A DNA stretch of 64,000 nt from Dimorphilus gyrociliatus (Eukaryota; Animalia; Annelida): NCBI GenBank assembly GCA_904063045.1, contig CAJFCJ010000006.1:4356408-4420407 (forward strand), given 5' to 3'. Numbering within the stretch: the stretch's first letter is position 1; each line of letters opens with the position of its first letter. The notes beneath the pieces were generated by a model, which was given only the letters and a program-made list of their open reading frames with translations, had not been told where the DNA came from and made no database searches. Of the stretch, positions 24,685 through 38,759 are shown piece after piece. The position numbers and the translations under genes were made by a program.

Positions 24685-26487
24685 TTATAATAATGAACAA
24701 CACTCTTCAGGTGCCGTCTGACTCGGTAGTGGTAGGTTTGTAGGTGGTTGATATACAGGACCATCGAAGTAGACCCTTAGACAGTGTACATACAATGTAG
24801 TTTTGCCCTTATTTTGGGTGATTGTGTCGTTAGGATCAACTCCAGTTGTTTTTGCTCGATATAGAATTGTTTCTGAGCTAAGAACACGAGCGTCTGTAAT
24901 TAAATATTAAAGTTATTAGACTAATAGCTTAATTAAAGTGTACGAAGAAAGCTAAGACTTTATATGTTTTATTACTTTTATTATATTTAACCCAAGGTTG
25001 TACTTCTCTCTCCATCAGCTCTTGAATTTCTTCTCTTTCAGCCGGGACAAAAGTTCTAGTTGATAGAAGGAAAACAGTGTCTTAATATATATTATTCTCC
25101 TCATTATTTATGCAACAATAAAGTAAAACACCTGTAATTGATCATGACTGGTTTATAATGCGCTTGCTCCTCAGCTAAAATATGATATATCCTTATTATT
25201 CGTACAAACGTTGTTGATGTGGAGATGTTTGTATAACACATTCGCTCGCTTATTACAGTTTCGTCGGCTAATTAAAGAGTAATTAGATAATGATAAGCCA
25301 GAAGAAAAATAGTAATAAGAAACTTACATGATTTCACTTTAATATTTATACTTTGAACGTTAAGAACTCTTGCTAATTTCTGACAACTCAACCAAAGTCG
25401 AACTCTAGTCATCAAAGCATGAAAAGAGTCAAATTGGGATTTTGACAATATAACTGATGAATTTATTTGATTTGGTAAAAAATCCCTTACAGCTAATGAA
25501 AAAAAAACATGTAATAATTAGCGAAGAGAAGACAGAAAAAGCGAAGAAATTAGTTTCATACCAATAGTTTCTGCTCGAGAATTTCCGTATAGATAAAAAA
25601 GCCTAATAAACATAACAAAACGAAGTTTTTCAGTTGTATAATCCGTCCAAGCGGATCTTTCCATTTTATAATCAGTGATACAACCGTCTCTGCATTTAAC
25701 TCTCAAAGTTTCAACATTTAATATACGGCCATCAATAGGAGTTCTCCTTAAACGATCATTTAATCTACCAATTGTTACTGAAAAATTTTCAAATGTATCT
25801 GTGCAGGAGCCTTGCGAATTAGGAGGAAAATTGAAATAGCCTATTCTATCCGGTTGCATTGGATCAGCATGAGTTTTCATTCTAACGAAAACTCTAAAAT
25901 GAAGATAAAACGCAAAATAAATACAATATATATATATATATATAAATGTTTCTTTTATTATACCTCAGGCATCTTAACATTCTCATATGTAGAGTAGAAC
26001 CTTCTGAATCAGTTTTCTTTTTCAAGACGGTCTTTCGGCAAGCATCCGCCCCGCTATTTTTTACATCAATCGTTTCACAATTAATGACGGTAAACATTCG
26101 ATTTCTTTGAAGCCAGTTATTAGCTTTTCTCACTAATCCACTAGAACAAATAAATGAATAATTAAATAAGATACTTTACCTTGAAAACTATTAGGAAATA
26201 ACAAAAATAAGTGAATTATTTTTTGTGCTTTTTACACTACTAATTGTTAACTCTTCGATATATACATTGCGAATTTTAAGTTTATTATACACTTTAAAAG
26301 ATATCTTAGAAAGGTTGTATATTTAAATTATTAATTTTTACCTGAATGTTTCACAGTCATACTGTTCATCGTCGTCCGAAACAAGTCCCGGTAGGAAGTC
26401 AACAATATTTAGATCTGTTGATATCGTTTGTGAGCATTGGCCCATTACATCTTCGTAAGATGGTGGTGGTGCACCATTGTAAGCCAT
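24685..26487 (-). CDS. Uncharacterised protein with four tandem ~80-aa repeats, N-terminal PPxY and C-terminal CaaX
   Basis: Seven exons reconstructed in consistent phase; repeats (I/V)xxF(L/V)P...(E/D)xF...W(L/V)...(V/I)xNxETx...(L/I)R(V/L/I)(F/Y); begins MAYNGAPPPSYEDV, ends EECCSLL*. Confidence 0.75.
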
Positions 26488-27319
26488 TTTGAATCGAGTT
26501 AGATGATATATCTCTATAGCAACGTCTTAAAGCATTCATAAAAATATTTAGATCCTATCCTACTATTTTAGGAGGTACAAGGGAAGAAAAAACCGTTCTC
26601 TCATCGAACGTTCGTGTTTAATTGTATCCTCAAGAATAGTCTGCTACAATAGTATGCCTACATTATATCCGATAATCGGGTCGGTTATTGATTTTCTAGC
26701 AACGCGTATCCTTCTCTTGCCCTTAAAATTTTCCATCATGTCTACTGTTATTAACCCTTGCAACTTAAGAAAGTGCTTAGCAACTTTGTGGTTTTATTAA
26801 TAAAGTAGTTTCAAGAAATTCAACCGTTACGTCATCAACTTTGCATAGTTCTATGAATGAGTCATCGGCAAAAATTTAACTCATATACTATTAGATAAGC
26901 AAATATAAGTTTTAGTAAGTAATGGTGTTATCACTCATTAATGTCTAAATTCTGAATCAAAATTCTACTTTAATCCATCCTTTTTCGGGATTAAACGCTT
27001 TTTTTAAATCTATTTTATGATTTTCGCTATATCACTTGATAGTTGAAAACCATTACCAACTCAAAGCCACAAGTTTATCACTTGTTAGCGTACAGAGATC
27101 TTCCATTAAAGTTTAAAAGAAATTGTAAAAGTTCAGATGTCTATTCAAATATACTTCAAGTTTATTAACAAGGTATTCAATTTTTTCTTTTCTATTGTGG
27201 ATATTCATAATATATATACTTTATATATATTGTCTATACATAGTCTCTGTCTTGATAATTACTGAAAATATTTATTCATATAGTACAGAAATACTCCTAT
27301 TCAACATAGAAAATTATAG

Positions 27320-29114
27320 TTAATTTTGTTCTAAGGAATTTTTTAATTTGATTACGGCTAAGCAATTTTTAGAGCCTTTAACTTTCCACCATCTTCCGCA
27401 TTTATGTTCCTGACCAATTGCAGCAGTTAACAAACTATCGCCGTGAAATCTTAAATTATTAACAAAACCTGGCTGCTTTCGAGGAAAAAAAAGTCACTTT
27501 AATATATAAATATATTTATATATATACATAGATGAGATTTACAATATTTTGCTTTGCTTACTATTTCAACAGAAAACAAATTTTCCAAGCTTTTATAGCC
27601 GGGCCCACATTTCCATAATCTGATAAATCCATCCTTCGATCCGGATGCTATCAAATCTGAAAAGCTTAAAGCTGCTATTGAAGTTATCCAATTCTCTGGT
27701 CCAGGATGGGCTTCTTTATGAACGTAAATGGGTTTCTTTTTTAGTACGGACCATAATTGGATTGAGCTGGAAAATATAAAGGGATCAATGGTTAATGTAG
27801 TATTTTATAAACATTTTAATATCTTACTTATCATCAGAACCTGACACGAAATAATCTTCATTTATGTAAGACACGCATTCAATACTTGTGCAGCTGTCCG
27901 CGTAAAAATAAATTTGATATTAATTATTTTAATCGGAGATTGTAAAAGACCTATTTACTTCGAATAATGAAACACTAATTGGGATTCATCAATTATTTTC
28001 CATATTCTAATGCTTTTATCATAACCTCCACAACTAATAGCTCTTTCCTTAACTAAAGAGTCTAAGCTATTAACTGCAGATTCATGACCAAATAACGTTT
28101 CAACATAGGACATTTCGTCAGTATTCCATACTTTAATGAGCTTATCTTGAGAGGCACTAAATAGTTGACTTGAGTTCCTTCTAAACTTCAAAGCAGTAAT
28201 TGCTATTTTATGTCCCATAAAAGTATGCCTTAAACTGAAGTCTGACGTATTTAGAATTAAGAAATTCTTATCACATCCGCCAACTGCTAAATAGGTATCC
28301 TCTGGTGTATTTAAAGACATACAGAGAATTGAATGTGACAATTTATATTTCTTTTCTCTCTTGTAATTGTCATTTATATTCCCTGTAAATGTACTTCCTC
28401 AGATATATTTAATGAAAAAGAATTCAAATTAGCTTACATTTTATAACAAGTCCATCTTTACTTCCACTATACAAATAAGATAAATCTGTTGTTACTTCAA
28501 TGCAGGTAACGCTCTTCATATGCCCATTCTTCAGTATTTGCACCTCAGTTTCTTTTGAATACTGAAGTCAAATATTCATTTTGAAATATTCATTGTCAGT
28601 TTATTCTATTTATTTTTGTTAAATCTTACAAGTAATAAAAGAAACTCTTACCGAATCAGCCAAGTTTCTTTGGAGAATTCCCTCTTTGAATAGCTGAAAG
28701 ATTCCAGATTAATTAGACTAATTAATGTTTATTTTAAATTTCTCAAATACCCTGTCATCTTTTAGTCGTTTATTGATTGTAGTATTAATTCCATCCTCGT
28801 CACTGTCAGATTCTTCTCTTTTAGATAATTCTGTGAATTTGTAAATATTTAGAGGTATGTAGCTAATTTCATTTTTCTAGTAGCTTACCTTCCGCTCGTA
28901 ATTGTGCAAGGTAGTTTTTGGCTAATCGCAGGCGTTTCTCGGCAGCAGTTTCTCTTTCTGCATTATCTACATTACCATCTGATTCAGACTCTGAATCTGA
29001 GCTAATTTCTTCATTTTTTCTCTACAATTGCAAAAATTTAGATATAAGACTATTTGTTTTGACAGTAAGAACTATATTACTTACTTTTTTATTGTTAGCT
29101 GCAAACTTAGGCAT
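27320..29114 (-). CDS. RRP9: U3 snoRNP-associated WD40 protein U3-55K
   Basis: ETAAEKRLRLA, YLAVGG, LFSASQDKLIKVWN...SYVETLFGHES, IWKIIDESQLVF, GRWWKVK. Confidence 0.92.
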
Positions 29115-29776
29115 GTTTTCCCCACGTGATTAAAAAACGTGGTTGTATTGCTGGATTATCGCTCACAGTCGCGGAGAATTATAGCCTCGCAGCAACTTTA
29201 GAAATGAATTCAAACCTATTTTCCAAGTAAATAATTTTAGAATATGATTTTATCTATAACAGATCGAAAAATAATAATATGAAGTTGCTAACATTGTCTA
29301 ATCTTGACAAAACTCTTGATTTGTTTATAAGACATAAAAGAGATAAAAAGTGGTTTTACTACCTTTTAATCTAATTAATCTGACGAAAAACTGCTCAATA
29401 CGTCAACATAAAATTGTACAATTATTATTGTGATATCTTTAAAGTCTTTGGTTATCTCAAATAGGTTAAACTATTGCCTTGAAATTGTAGACATTTCATA
29501 TTATTTTCATTTAAAAATATTTTCGTATAAAAACATGATATATCGTGAAATTATACCAAAAATGTGGAAAGATATAACCTTTTAGAAAAATGACCAGTCT
29601 TTAAAAAGACAAAATACGAAATATAACCTTATTTTTGTTTTATTCCAGTAGATGGCTTCATTGAATTAAACACAAGCTGGAGAATTTTGTATGATATTGC
29701 GTTATATTTCATCACAATTTCATCAAATATCACCAGTGGACGAGAAAGAGTTATTACCTATATCTCTGCACAGACT

Positions 29777-31325
29777 ATGAAAGTTTGTGAAGTAAACTCA
29801 TGCAGCTTTTCGTCCTGGTATAACAATTTTAAGAATGTTACATTTCGAAGGTATGATATTTTTCAATGAGCACGTGAGTTGATTCTCACATTAAATACTT
29901 TTAATTAAATGATATTTAAAGTCACCTCTATACGTCATGTAGTAAAAATATTATCAATCGTTTTGGATCTCTTCTATTTAATTCTTACAATTCTTCCTAT
30001 TGTTTTCATATTAGCCGGATTATTCAGTTGCCGAAAGAGGTATATCAGTATTTGCTATGTGATGGAATTGTTCTTCCTAAGGGATCGTGTGGACCCAAGA
30101 CCACCTATGATGGTGCTTCAATAGATTCAGATAGTGTTTGTATACAGTAAGAATAGTATAAATGGATCATATATTTTTTCATTTTTCTTTTGAATCGACA
30201 GTCGTGGGATGAAGAGGAAACTGATGATAAAGAATCTCAGAATCAGCCACATTTTCCAGATTTTGACAACGAAATTCGGGGAGCTATCAAAGCTTTGGGA
30301 GGTGCAGTCTTTCCAAAATTAAATTGGAGTGCTCCAAGAGATGCCTGTTGGATGATGAGCGGAAATAGTTTGAAATGCTATCATCCAAGTGATGTTTATC
30401 TAGCTCTAAAAAGCTCTAATTTTATAATGAGAGACTTGACTGAAGCGTAATTAATTTCTTAATGAATTTATTTTATATAAAACGTTATATTTCGGTATTT
30501 TGTAGATATATCAAATGTGAAGATTATGAGAATACGAAACCTCGCGAGAAATTTGACCTTATATTAAAAAGGTATCATGAGTTAAATCCCGCTTGTGAAT
30601 TTCGATGCTTTGTTAAAAAGAGAAAATTTATTGGTTTGTACACTGACTAATGTCATAATAGCAAATATAAAGAAATTACACATTTTTAGCAATAAGTCAA
30701 AGATATTGTGATACGTTCTACTCCCATATTGAAGAGGAAAGAGAGGCCATCATGAATGATTTACATAGTTTTTTTGAAAATAATATAAAGGAGAGGTTTG
30801 ACCTAGATAATTGTACGAAAATTATTTATAATCCTATTGATTAATATGTAATTAAAAGATTTGAATTTTCAGATGTTTTTGACGTTTATAGACCTCAACC
30901 AAACAAAAAATACGTTATCGATTTTAATCCTTTCGGTTCAGTGACAGATAGTTTATTATTTGACTGGAATGAAATCGAAGATCCTGAGTTCCTAGATAAA
31001 TTTACATTACCGAAAGATTACATAAAATACGTAAGAATTTATCTTTTATTGCTATACTTCTTATAGCCTATAGAGGTAATAATGTTTTTTTTAAACAACA
31101 GGACACTTGTTTCCGATTTGTTACTGGCAACAATTCAGTTCAACCAAACCCGATTCGTTGTTCTAGTAGTATTCCTCAAGATTTTCTTGATTTATCTGCA
31201 GGCACAGATGTAGATAAATTAATGGATTTCATGAAATTAGTAAGAGAGAGTATATAAAAATAATTTAATGATATGAATTACTAATAAAATCTTTATTCTT
31301 TCAGAGTAAAAATGACATACAGTAA
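29777..31325 (+). CDS. CDC123: Cell division cycle protein 123 (D123, eIF2 assembly factor)
   Basis: CSFSSWY, LGGAVFPKLNWSAPRDACW, LALKSSNFIMRDL, EFRCFVK, IDFNPFGSVTDSLLFDW across multiple exons. Confidence 0.93.
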
Positions 31326-31483
31326 TTTAATAAGGCATACAAGTTATCATTTACAATAAATACTTTTGTAAAAAGAAACACCTCTTTCAAAAGTTTATAT
31401 TAATAAAATAACTGAAGAAACTAATATATGAATAAATTTCTTTGTATTTAAAGCAATTCCCTCCCTTATTATGCAATATTACA

Positions 31484-32507
31484 TTACATAAGCTTATTAA
31501 TAATTTGAGAAACTATATCTTTGATTTCTTCTGAAAATCGTGAGGTAAAGGTAAATATTCCTTCGCCGGTTGAAGATCTCCTGGAAAAGATAATAAAATA
31601 TACCTGTAAAGTTTTTGAGAACCTTGTTTAATGCATAGACTTTTACCGTCCAGCTTCAATAATAAACTCTCCTTCATAACCCCCCAATCGTCTTATTGTT
31701 GTAAGATCCCATTCAATAAGAACTTTACAGTTATTTACATCTTTAACTACAATCTTCTCGCCATCGATACCTACTAAACATTCTCCATAAAAATCAAGTG
31801 AGTTTTGCAACAAGTAAGCACACCAGAATCGTACGCCTATAGTTGAGCAAAGATTGTTCATTTTAATGAAATGGTCAAATTAAACATTGTTTTGGGAACT
31901 TGAACAATTTACCTTCGCCGTTGTTATATTTGAGATTATCATTCCTTAAATTTATTAAACTCTCAATCCAATATTTAGCTTCTATGGCTTTTAGGTGAAG
32001 AAATAGAAGGAATTAAAATGTTTTATAGTTTATTATAGTTCATAGGTTACCATATTCGCATAAAAATTCAAAGCTAGTTTCATTTTTAAAGTATATATTA
32101 ATTAAGAAGCCACTACTATCTGTACGAACGTCCTCTATTGTCGATAAATCTATCTGAAGTTACGTTTATGAATAAGTTATTTGATGTATAACAATATTAC
32201 TTAACCATACATTTTTTTTTGCTTTTTTCTGCCGAGATTTCTTATACGAAGAGTATATCTCTAACCTCTTAAAACATTTGCTAGATTCGTTTCTTAGAAT
32301 AATCCACTTCCTTTTATATGCCTAAAAATTTTGCTTTTATTCAATATATAAGCATATATATCTTAGTGTACCTATAGTATTTAGTTAAAGCATTTTTAAA
32401 GCACTTAGTTTTAATTCATTATTTATAGCCTTTACCTTAAATGGTCCAAATTCTTTGAATATTTTTACATAACCCTCTCTATTTACGTCAGAATATTGCA
32501 ACTCCAT
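31484..32507 (-). CDS. DOK4/5/6-like adaptor: PH + IRS-type PTB, no C-terminal tail
   Basis: Reconstructed exons: MELQYSDVNREGYVKI.. / AYKRKWIILRNESSKCFKRLEIY / IDLSTIEDV..FEFLCEY / EAKYWIESL / PTB (EWDLTTIRRLG..FIIEAGRRSSTGEGIFTF). Mostly absent from the ORF track. Confidence 0.82.
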
Positions 32508-32803
32508 GATAGGTGAGGGACGACTTTAGATTAAGTACATATGCTACCTACGCAGATAGACTATTGTTGTTTATTTATTTTCTTTATTTTATGACAGCTG
32601 TTTAGCCATCTGATTCTCAAAAATCTTCGTTATGTAATAGTTGCATATAAAAATTGATCAGAGTAAACTTTTTAGCCTTGAACTCTCTAATAATCGAATA
32701 ATATACCTGTGACGAAAATTGTAAATCGAATACAGCTGCAAATAGCAGACGACAAAAAAGTGTTTGAAGAAGATTGTTGAATAGCGGTCAATCAAACAAG
32801 TAT

Positions 32804-33439
32804 ATGACCATTTTTACGATTTCTTGCGTCATAAAAAGTTCTCAATACGACGTTATTGAATGGAAAATCAAGAAACGTCAATTATCGTTGCATCGAGTAG
32901 CTATTGTTTATCCAGCTAGTCTAGCCTCTGCCATCGGGTATTCTTGTAAGAGATTCCCTCGATTTCGACAATCGTTTGTTAAATATATAGAGAATTTTGC
33001 TGCCAAAGAACCTATATGTGCCATTGACATAACACTACTTGAAGTTAGAACAGATTTTAATAGGAAATGGGATGAAATTGTGGCTATCACAGCTTTGAAA
33101 AGGTATCAGTTGGATGATGCTATGAATTGGTTAAATACTCTGGGAGGCGGTTATTCAGCATTAGGAGACTATTTTAGTTCATTTGCAAGAAAAGCGGGAG
33201 AGATCTCCCTTTATCAGCTCAAAGTCGCTCTACTTCTCGGAGACGAAGTAGTCAAGTGTAGATGCTATTTGTATATGGCCCAGAGTTTTATGCAGAGAGG
33301 TTTATTAAGACGATCCAAATTACTACTCAGGAAACAATACGAAATAGCTATTAAACTAAAAGATGATAAATTGCTAGCAGTTTGTCAAGGTCTGTGGAGT
33401 AGATTGCAATATTTATATGAATGTAATAAACAACATTAA
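32804..33439 (+). CDS. Conserved uncharacterised protein, F58A4.6/DUF4807-like (intronless)
   Basis: LDDAMNWLNTLGGGYSALGD..AGEISLYQLKVALLLGDEVVKCRCYLYMAQSFMQRG motif recalled from this family. Confidence 0.7.
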   Translation: MTIFTISCVIKSSQYDVIEWKIKKRQLSLHRVAIVYPASLASAIGYSCKRFPRFRQSFVKYIENFAAKEPICAIDITLLEVRTDFNRKWDEIVAITALKRYQLDDAMNWLNTLGGGYSALGDYFSSFARKAGEISLYQLKVALLLGDEVVKCRCYLYMAQSFMQRGLLRRSKLLLRKQYEIAIKLKDDKLLAVCQGLWSRLQYLYECNKQH

Positions 33440-33532
33440 AAGCTCCTATTTATTGCGGTTATAATTCAAAATATAATTTTATAAATCAAAGTTTTACACA
33501 AGTTTTTTTTATAATTGAGTATAAATAGTCAT

Positions 33533-35864
33533 TTAGAGAAGTGGCTGTGATGCCACAGGATTCTGGACAAAAGCTCCGGGCGGCATCGAATGTTGGGGTT
33601 CTAAGTTTGCCGGCGTTTGCATGGACGAATATTGGTGTTGAGGTGAAAAGCTGCAACAAATTATTTATATTAATAATACTTACAGTGAAAATTACGCAAT
33701 AACAAAAAATAACAATAATAAAACAATGCCCATTGATTATCTAAATTGCATACTTTCCAGTATTATGAATCACTGAAAGTTTGACTAAGCTTGACATATT
33801 ACAAATATTAATAATACAATTTAATTACTTATTCGACTGACCACCCCCTGGTGGCATTGATGCTTGAGGAACATAGTTCAATGACTGCGGTTGTTGTTGT
33901 TCCATATTTTGGTGTTGCGGCTGTTGAGGTGGAGGAAAATATGCACTATTGGGACCTGCAGGAACATTTTGAACAGCATGTGCAACTTGATTTGGTGGCT
34001 GCGATTGTTGAGTAGGAACATTTCCACCGAAAGCTCCAGGCCTAGGAGCCGTTCGCATTAAATGATGGTACAATTGCATAGCAGCTGTAACCGTTGAATT
34101 AAGTTCACAAAGAGCATTGTATCGTCTATCAACAGCTTCTAATTCGTTATCTATTAGGGGAGTCATCATCTTGCTCTTTTCTTCAGTTTCAGTTAGTTCA
34201 TCTGTATCAACACCGTCAGGGCCTGCGTCAGCATCGTGTAAAAGCGATAAAGCTCTATCAATTGTTCCTTCATCAATTTGAGTGGGTTGTTCAATTGTCT
34301 AAACAAAAAAAGAATTTTACAAATTTTTGGTGTCCATAGGTTTCAATTACCTTTGAATCAGCTGTTTGACCTTCCGTTTCGAATTGCTTAACTTCAACTT
34401 CACCATTAAACGACACAGATTTTTTTGTATTTCCCGAACCAGATTCAGAGACCAGTTCACTTATATCTTTGGATACAAAATTTGCCGGAAAAAGTCCTTC
34501 GCCTCTGTGATTTGATCCCTTCCACCAATGGGCATCCGAATCGTCCAATAAAATTACCAATTCGCCAGCCTTGAAAGTTAACTCGTTGTCCTCTGCCGCT
34601 TCGAAATCGTATACCGCTCGAACTTTGCGATCCTCGCCAGCTGCTGCTGCTGCTGCTGTAGTAGGAGCAGGAGCAGTTGCAGCTAAAAATATTCAACAGT
34701 TAAACATAGGTCCATTATTTCAGAGAAATAAAGTCAATAATACATACTTGGTGCACCAGGTGTATTAAAAGAAGGATATAACGAGGAAATTGGAGCACTC
34801 GTTTGATTTTTCTTTTGATTTTCAATTTTCATTGATTCTTCCATAGCTAAAATAGTTAATTCATGCTTAATTATTTTTTTTAACTAATTGTCTTATTAAA
34901 GTTGTGATTACCTTTCCTCAAGTCTTCCATTTCCTTCTTTTGTAAGTCGCTTTGCCTTTCTTTTGTAGATTGAGGTTTCTCCTATAGTCATGACATGTTA
35001 AGCTTAATAAACTAAAATAATATCTTTTTACTTACGTCGGGGTCATGAAAATCCTGTCCGTCGTTCTTTAGACTCTCGTACAAAGATGGAATTAAACTAT
35101 GATAGAATAAAAAAAATTGAAATAGCTTTTATTTCGAGTGTTATTCTATTTATAGAAAGTTACCTTAAAGACGAATTATTTTTAAATTCGTTTTCGCTCC
35201 ACTTTTTAATCAAAAATCTTAATTTCTGAGCAACTTTTCGATGAGTCTGTTGTATTATTTACATTAATTTTTAGAGTACTCTTAATAATTAAAAACTGGT
35301 AACATTATTAGATTTCTTCTAGAAAATTAAAGGGATGTTGAAGAGAAAATATTCAGTATATTGAATATTTAAGAAAGCAGAGTATAATTTCTTAATCTTA
35401 ATTTGTGTGTATCTTTAACTGAAGTTTATACCTTGCTCCCACTAACTAAGTTACGACAGTCATTCTCGAAGTCTCTTGACGCTATTTCCAAGTGAAATTT
35501 ATGCCCGCAGTTGTTTACACAATAATCCAATAACTGATTTGAAGAATAATTTAATTATGACAAAAATTACAGTATTTTCTATTTACAAACCGTTAGAGCT
35601 TGCATTGCTACATGTGGATGTTTATTTGTTAGTCTTTTGACAATAGATTTCAAACACTCAGCTGGTCTGTTAAGGCATCACATGACAAAAAATTAAAAAG
35701 AAAAAACACTGGTACCACTGAGCTTACCCATTGGATGTGGCTTTTACTTTATCAACTATGTCCATAATAAGAGCCAAATCTTCTGTTGTATTCTTCTCAC
35801 TTGTCGCTTTTTCTATAAAATAATTTAAATTATCAGAATTTTCAATGATATGTCCAGGAGCCAT
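33533..35864 (-). CDS. STAM: Signal transducing adaptor molecule (ESCRT-0): VHS-UIM-SH3-GAT
   Basis: [24 protein letters not shown] (VHS), SH3 [63 protein letters not shown] tail ending SQPLL*. Confidence 0.93.
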
Positions 35865-36262
35865 GTTTCCTGATTGAATTTTAGTTTCACAATGACACCC
35901 GTTCTGCCGATGACTCAATTGCTCATGGCAGCAAGGTAATTTCTTATCATTTGTAGATGAGTAATTATCCTTTATTTTTTTATGACTAACTTCTTTCGAA
36001 TAATAATAGTCGTCTTTAATTATAAATAAGATGTACAGAGTGCATTTACTATTACTACGTGGAATGAATATACACTGACGGATGTCAATATGCTTTTGAA
36101 TTTAGCCATTGTTGTGATATTTTGTCAAAAAAATTGCATATTACAATAATCATAAATTTATACATACCGACATCTTCGTCAAATAGGGATTTTGAACCAA
36201 ACAACGGCATTTTGAAGAAAAATCGCTAGAATTAACACCAGAAATGTTTGTTATTGAGCTAC

Positions 36263-36272
36263 TGCGCATGCG
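36263..36272. promoter_or_regulatory. NRF-1/ewg-type site in the STAM-DLAT divergent promoter
   Basis: TGCGCATGCG ~180 bp upstream of the DLAT ATG; NRF-1 is an established regulator of nuclear-encoded mitochondrial genes. Confidence 0.5.
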
Positions 36273-36449
36273 TGATTTTAATTTATTTTCGTAGGTGTTG
36301 AAAATTCCTATTTAAATATTATTGACAAATTAAATTGAAAGAATGAAATGAAGAATTGCAAAATTAATGATTGAAATTATTTACGAAAAACTTTTGTCAA
36401 AAATCTGGTTCGAGAAGTCTACGGACATAAATGATAATATAGCGGTAAA

Positions 36450-38759
36450 ATGCACCGTTCTAATAACATAATTCGTCCCCTAATTAATTCAACAAGGAAG
36501 TCACGATATTTAATAAGGGGTAGAAGTCATTTTGCCCGATCATCAATTGTAGTTGCAGCAGTAGATTCTAAAATGTAAGTATCTGTCAAGGTCGAGAATT
36601 TATTTTAATCAAAATTTTTCTCTGTTATCTAATAAGATTTTTATTACATATGCTTTAAAAGAATCAATCTTGCTCCGAAGAAAACATACGAGCAAACATG
36701 CTTTGAAAGAATTCAAAAACGTCTCTATTCAAGTAAGGATTCAACCTTGCTTCAATATATCCATCGAAGCTTTTTTAAAACCATTTCTAGTCAACAAACA
36801 GAAATTTTACATATTCATACCTAATTTATTTTGCAGATGATACCTTGCCACCCCATTTTAAGGTTAATCTTCCAGCCTTATCTCCAACTATGGAGATGGG
36901 ATCCATTGTTTCTTGGTCCAAGAAGGAAGGAGATTCAATATCAGAAGGGGATTTGCTTACTGAAATCGAAACAGACAAGGCTACAATGGGATTAGAAACA
37001 CCAGAGGAAGGCTATCTTGCTAAGATTTTTATACCTAGCGGAGTCAGAGATGTTCCAGTTGGAAAAGTAAGTGTTTTTTGTTGAAATTCACTCAATAAAC
37101 CAAAATGATATTATTATTCCAATATTAAAGCTATTATGTATTATCGTTCCCGACGAGAGTAGCTTGGAAGCTTTTAAAAATTATACTGCAGAGGATCTTG
37201 AAGGTGACTCTCAGGCCCCTGATGCTACCACTGCTGATACTTCAGCTGAAAATTCAGAAACTTCTGCAACGTCGGCTAACTACCCCAACCATATGAAAGG
37301 TTCGGTTTGATTTTTAGGATAGTACGCTTCATTATTACCAATTGTTTTATTAATTAGTTGAATTACCGGCTCTGTCTCCCACAATGGAAACTGGAACATT
37401 GACCAGTTGGTCAAAAGAGGTTGGAGATGAATTGTCAGAGGGAGATGTTCTAGCTCAAATAGAAACAGATAAAGCAACAATGGAATTTGAAACTCCACAT
37501 GAAGGCTATCTAGCTAAAATCCTAATTGAATCTGGTACAAAAGATGTAAAATTAGGAGAAGTTAGTAAAAATATTTTTATTATCTACCATTCTATTCTTA
37601 ACTATGATAACTTTTTTTATCAGATACTTTGTATCATTGTTGAAAATAAGGATGACATCGATGCCTTCAAGGACTATACAACGCCAAGCAAATCAAAGAA
37701 ACAACCGCAATCATCTAAACCTTTCACTGTATCCCAAACTTCTTCTCCACCCGTATCATCATTTCAAGAGCAGGCCCAAAAATATGCTCCCCCAAAAACA
37801 CAAGCTAGTATTTCCCCAACACCCAGAACAGGAGAACGGATTTTCGTCTCGCCATATGCCAAGAAACTGGCAGCTGAAAAGTCAATTGATTTAAGGGTAA
37901 GCTTTATAACACTTTCCTGACTTTCTTGATTCACTTGTCAACTTTTATTTATTAGACTGTACAAGGAACTGGTCCAGCAGGTAGAATTATTGCACAAGAT
38001 ATTATTAATTATCAACCATCCAGCCCTTCTGCTTATCCTCACACAATTTCGGCTGCACCTGGCGTTGATTCGATTGATATTCCTCTGTCGAATATGAGAA
38101 AAACCATCGCGAAACGACTTATCCAGAGCAAAACTACCATACCCCATTATTATTTATCAAGAACAATAACCTTGGATGCCATAATGCAAGCTCGAAAGGA
38201 TATTAATTCTCATTTAGAATCGAGTGGAAATAAAGTCTCGCTCAATGATATGATTATTAAGGCTGTAGCTTTTGCTTGTAAACAAGTTCCCGAAGCTAAT
38301 TCTGCTTGGCATGATACCTTTATAAGGCGTCATAATCGAGTTGACGTAAGCGTTGCAGTCGCAACGCCAGAAGGACTGATAACCCCTATAGTATTTGCTG
38401 CTTGTACAAAATCAGTGGCTGATATTGCAAATAACGTTCGAGAATTAGCAAATAAGGCGAAAGAAAACAAGCTGGTACCGGAAGAATATCAAGGTGGAAC
38501 TATAACAGTCTCAAATTTGGGTATGTTTGGAATTACCAACTTCTCCGCTATTATAAACCCCCCTCAAAGTTGTATATTAGCTGTTGGGTCGGGAGTGAAA
38601 GCAGTTGTACCCGCAGATAATGACAAAGGATACAAAACCGTTCAACAGATGCAAGTCACGTTAAGCTGTGACCATAGAGTTGTCGATGGAGCTATTGGAG
38701 CCCAATGGTTAGATGCCTTTTCGAAAGCAATCGAAAAACCGTCTCTTCTCTTGATTTAA
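36450..38759 (+). CDS. DLAT: Pyruvate dehydrogenase E2 (two lipoyl domains, E3/E1-binding domain, catalytic domain)
   Basis: Two [15 protein letters not shown] lipoyl domains, [41 protein letters not shown]. Confidence 0.97.

Noticed and set aside
36845-37560. Internal duplication in DLAT
   Set aside because: Two lipoyl domains are the normal metazoan E2 architecture.
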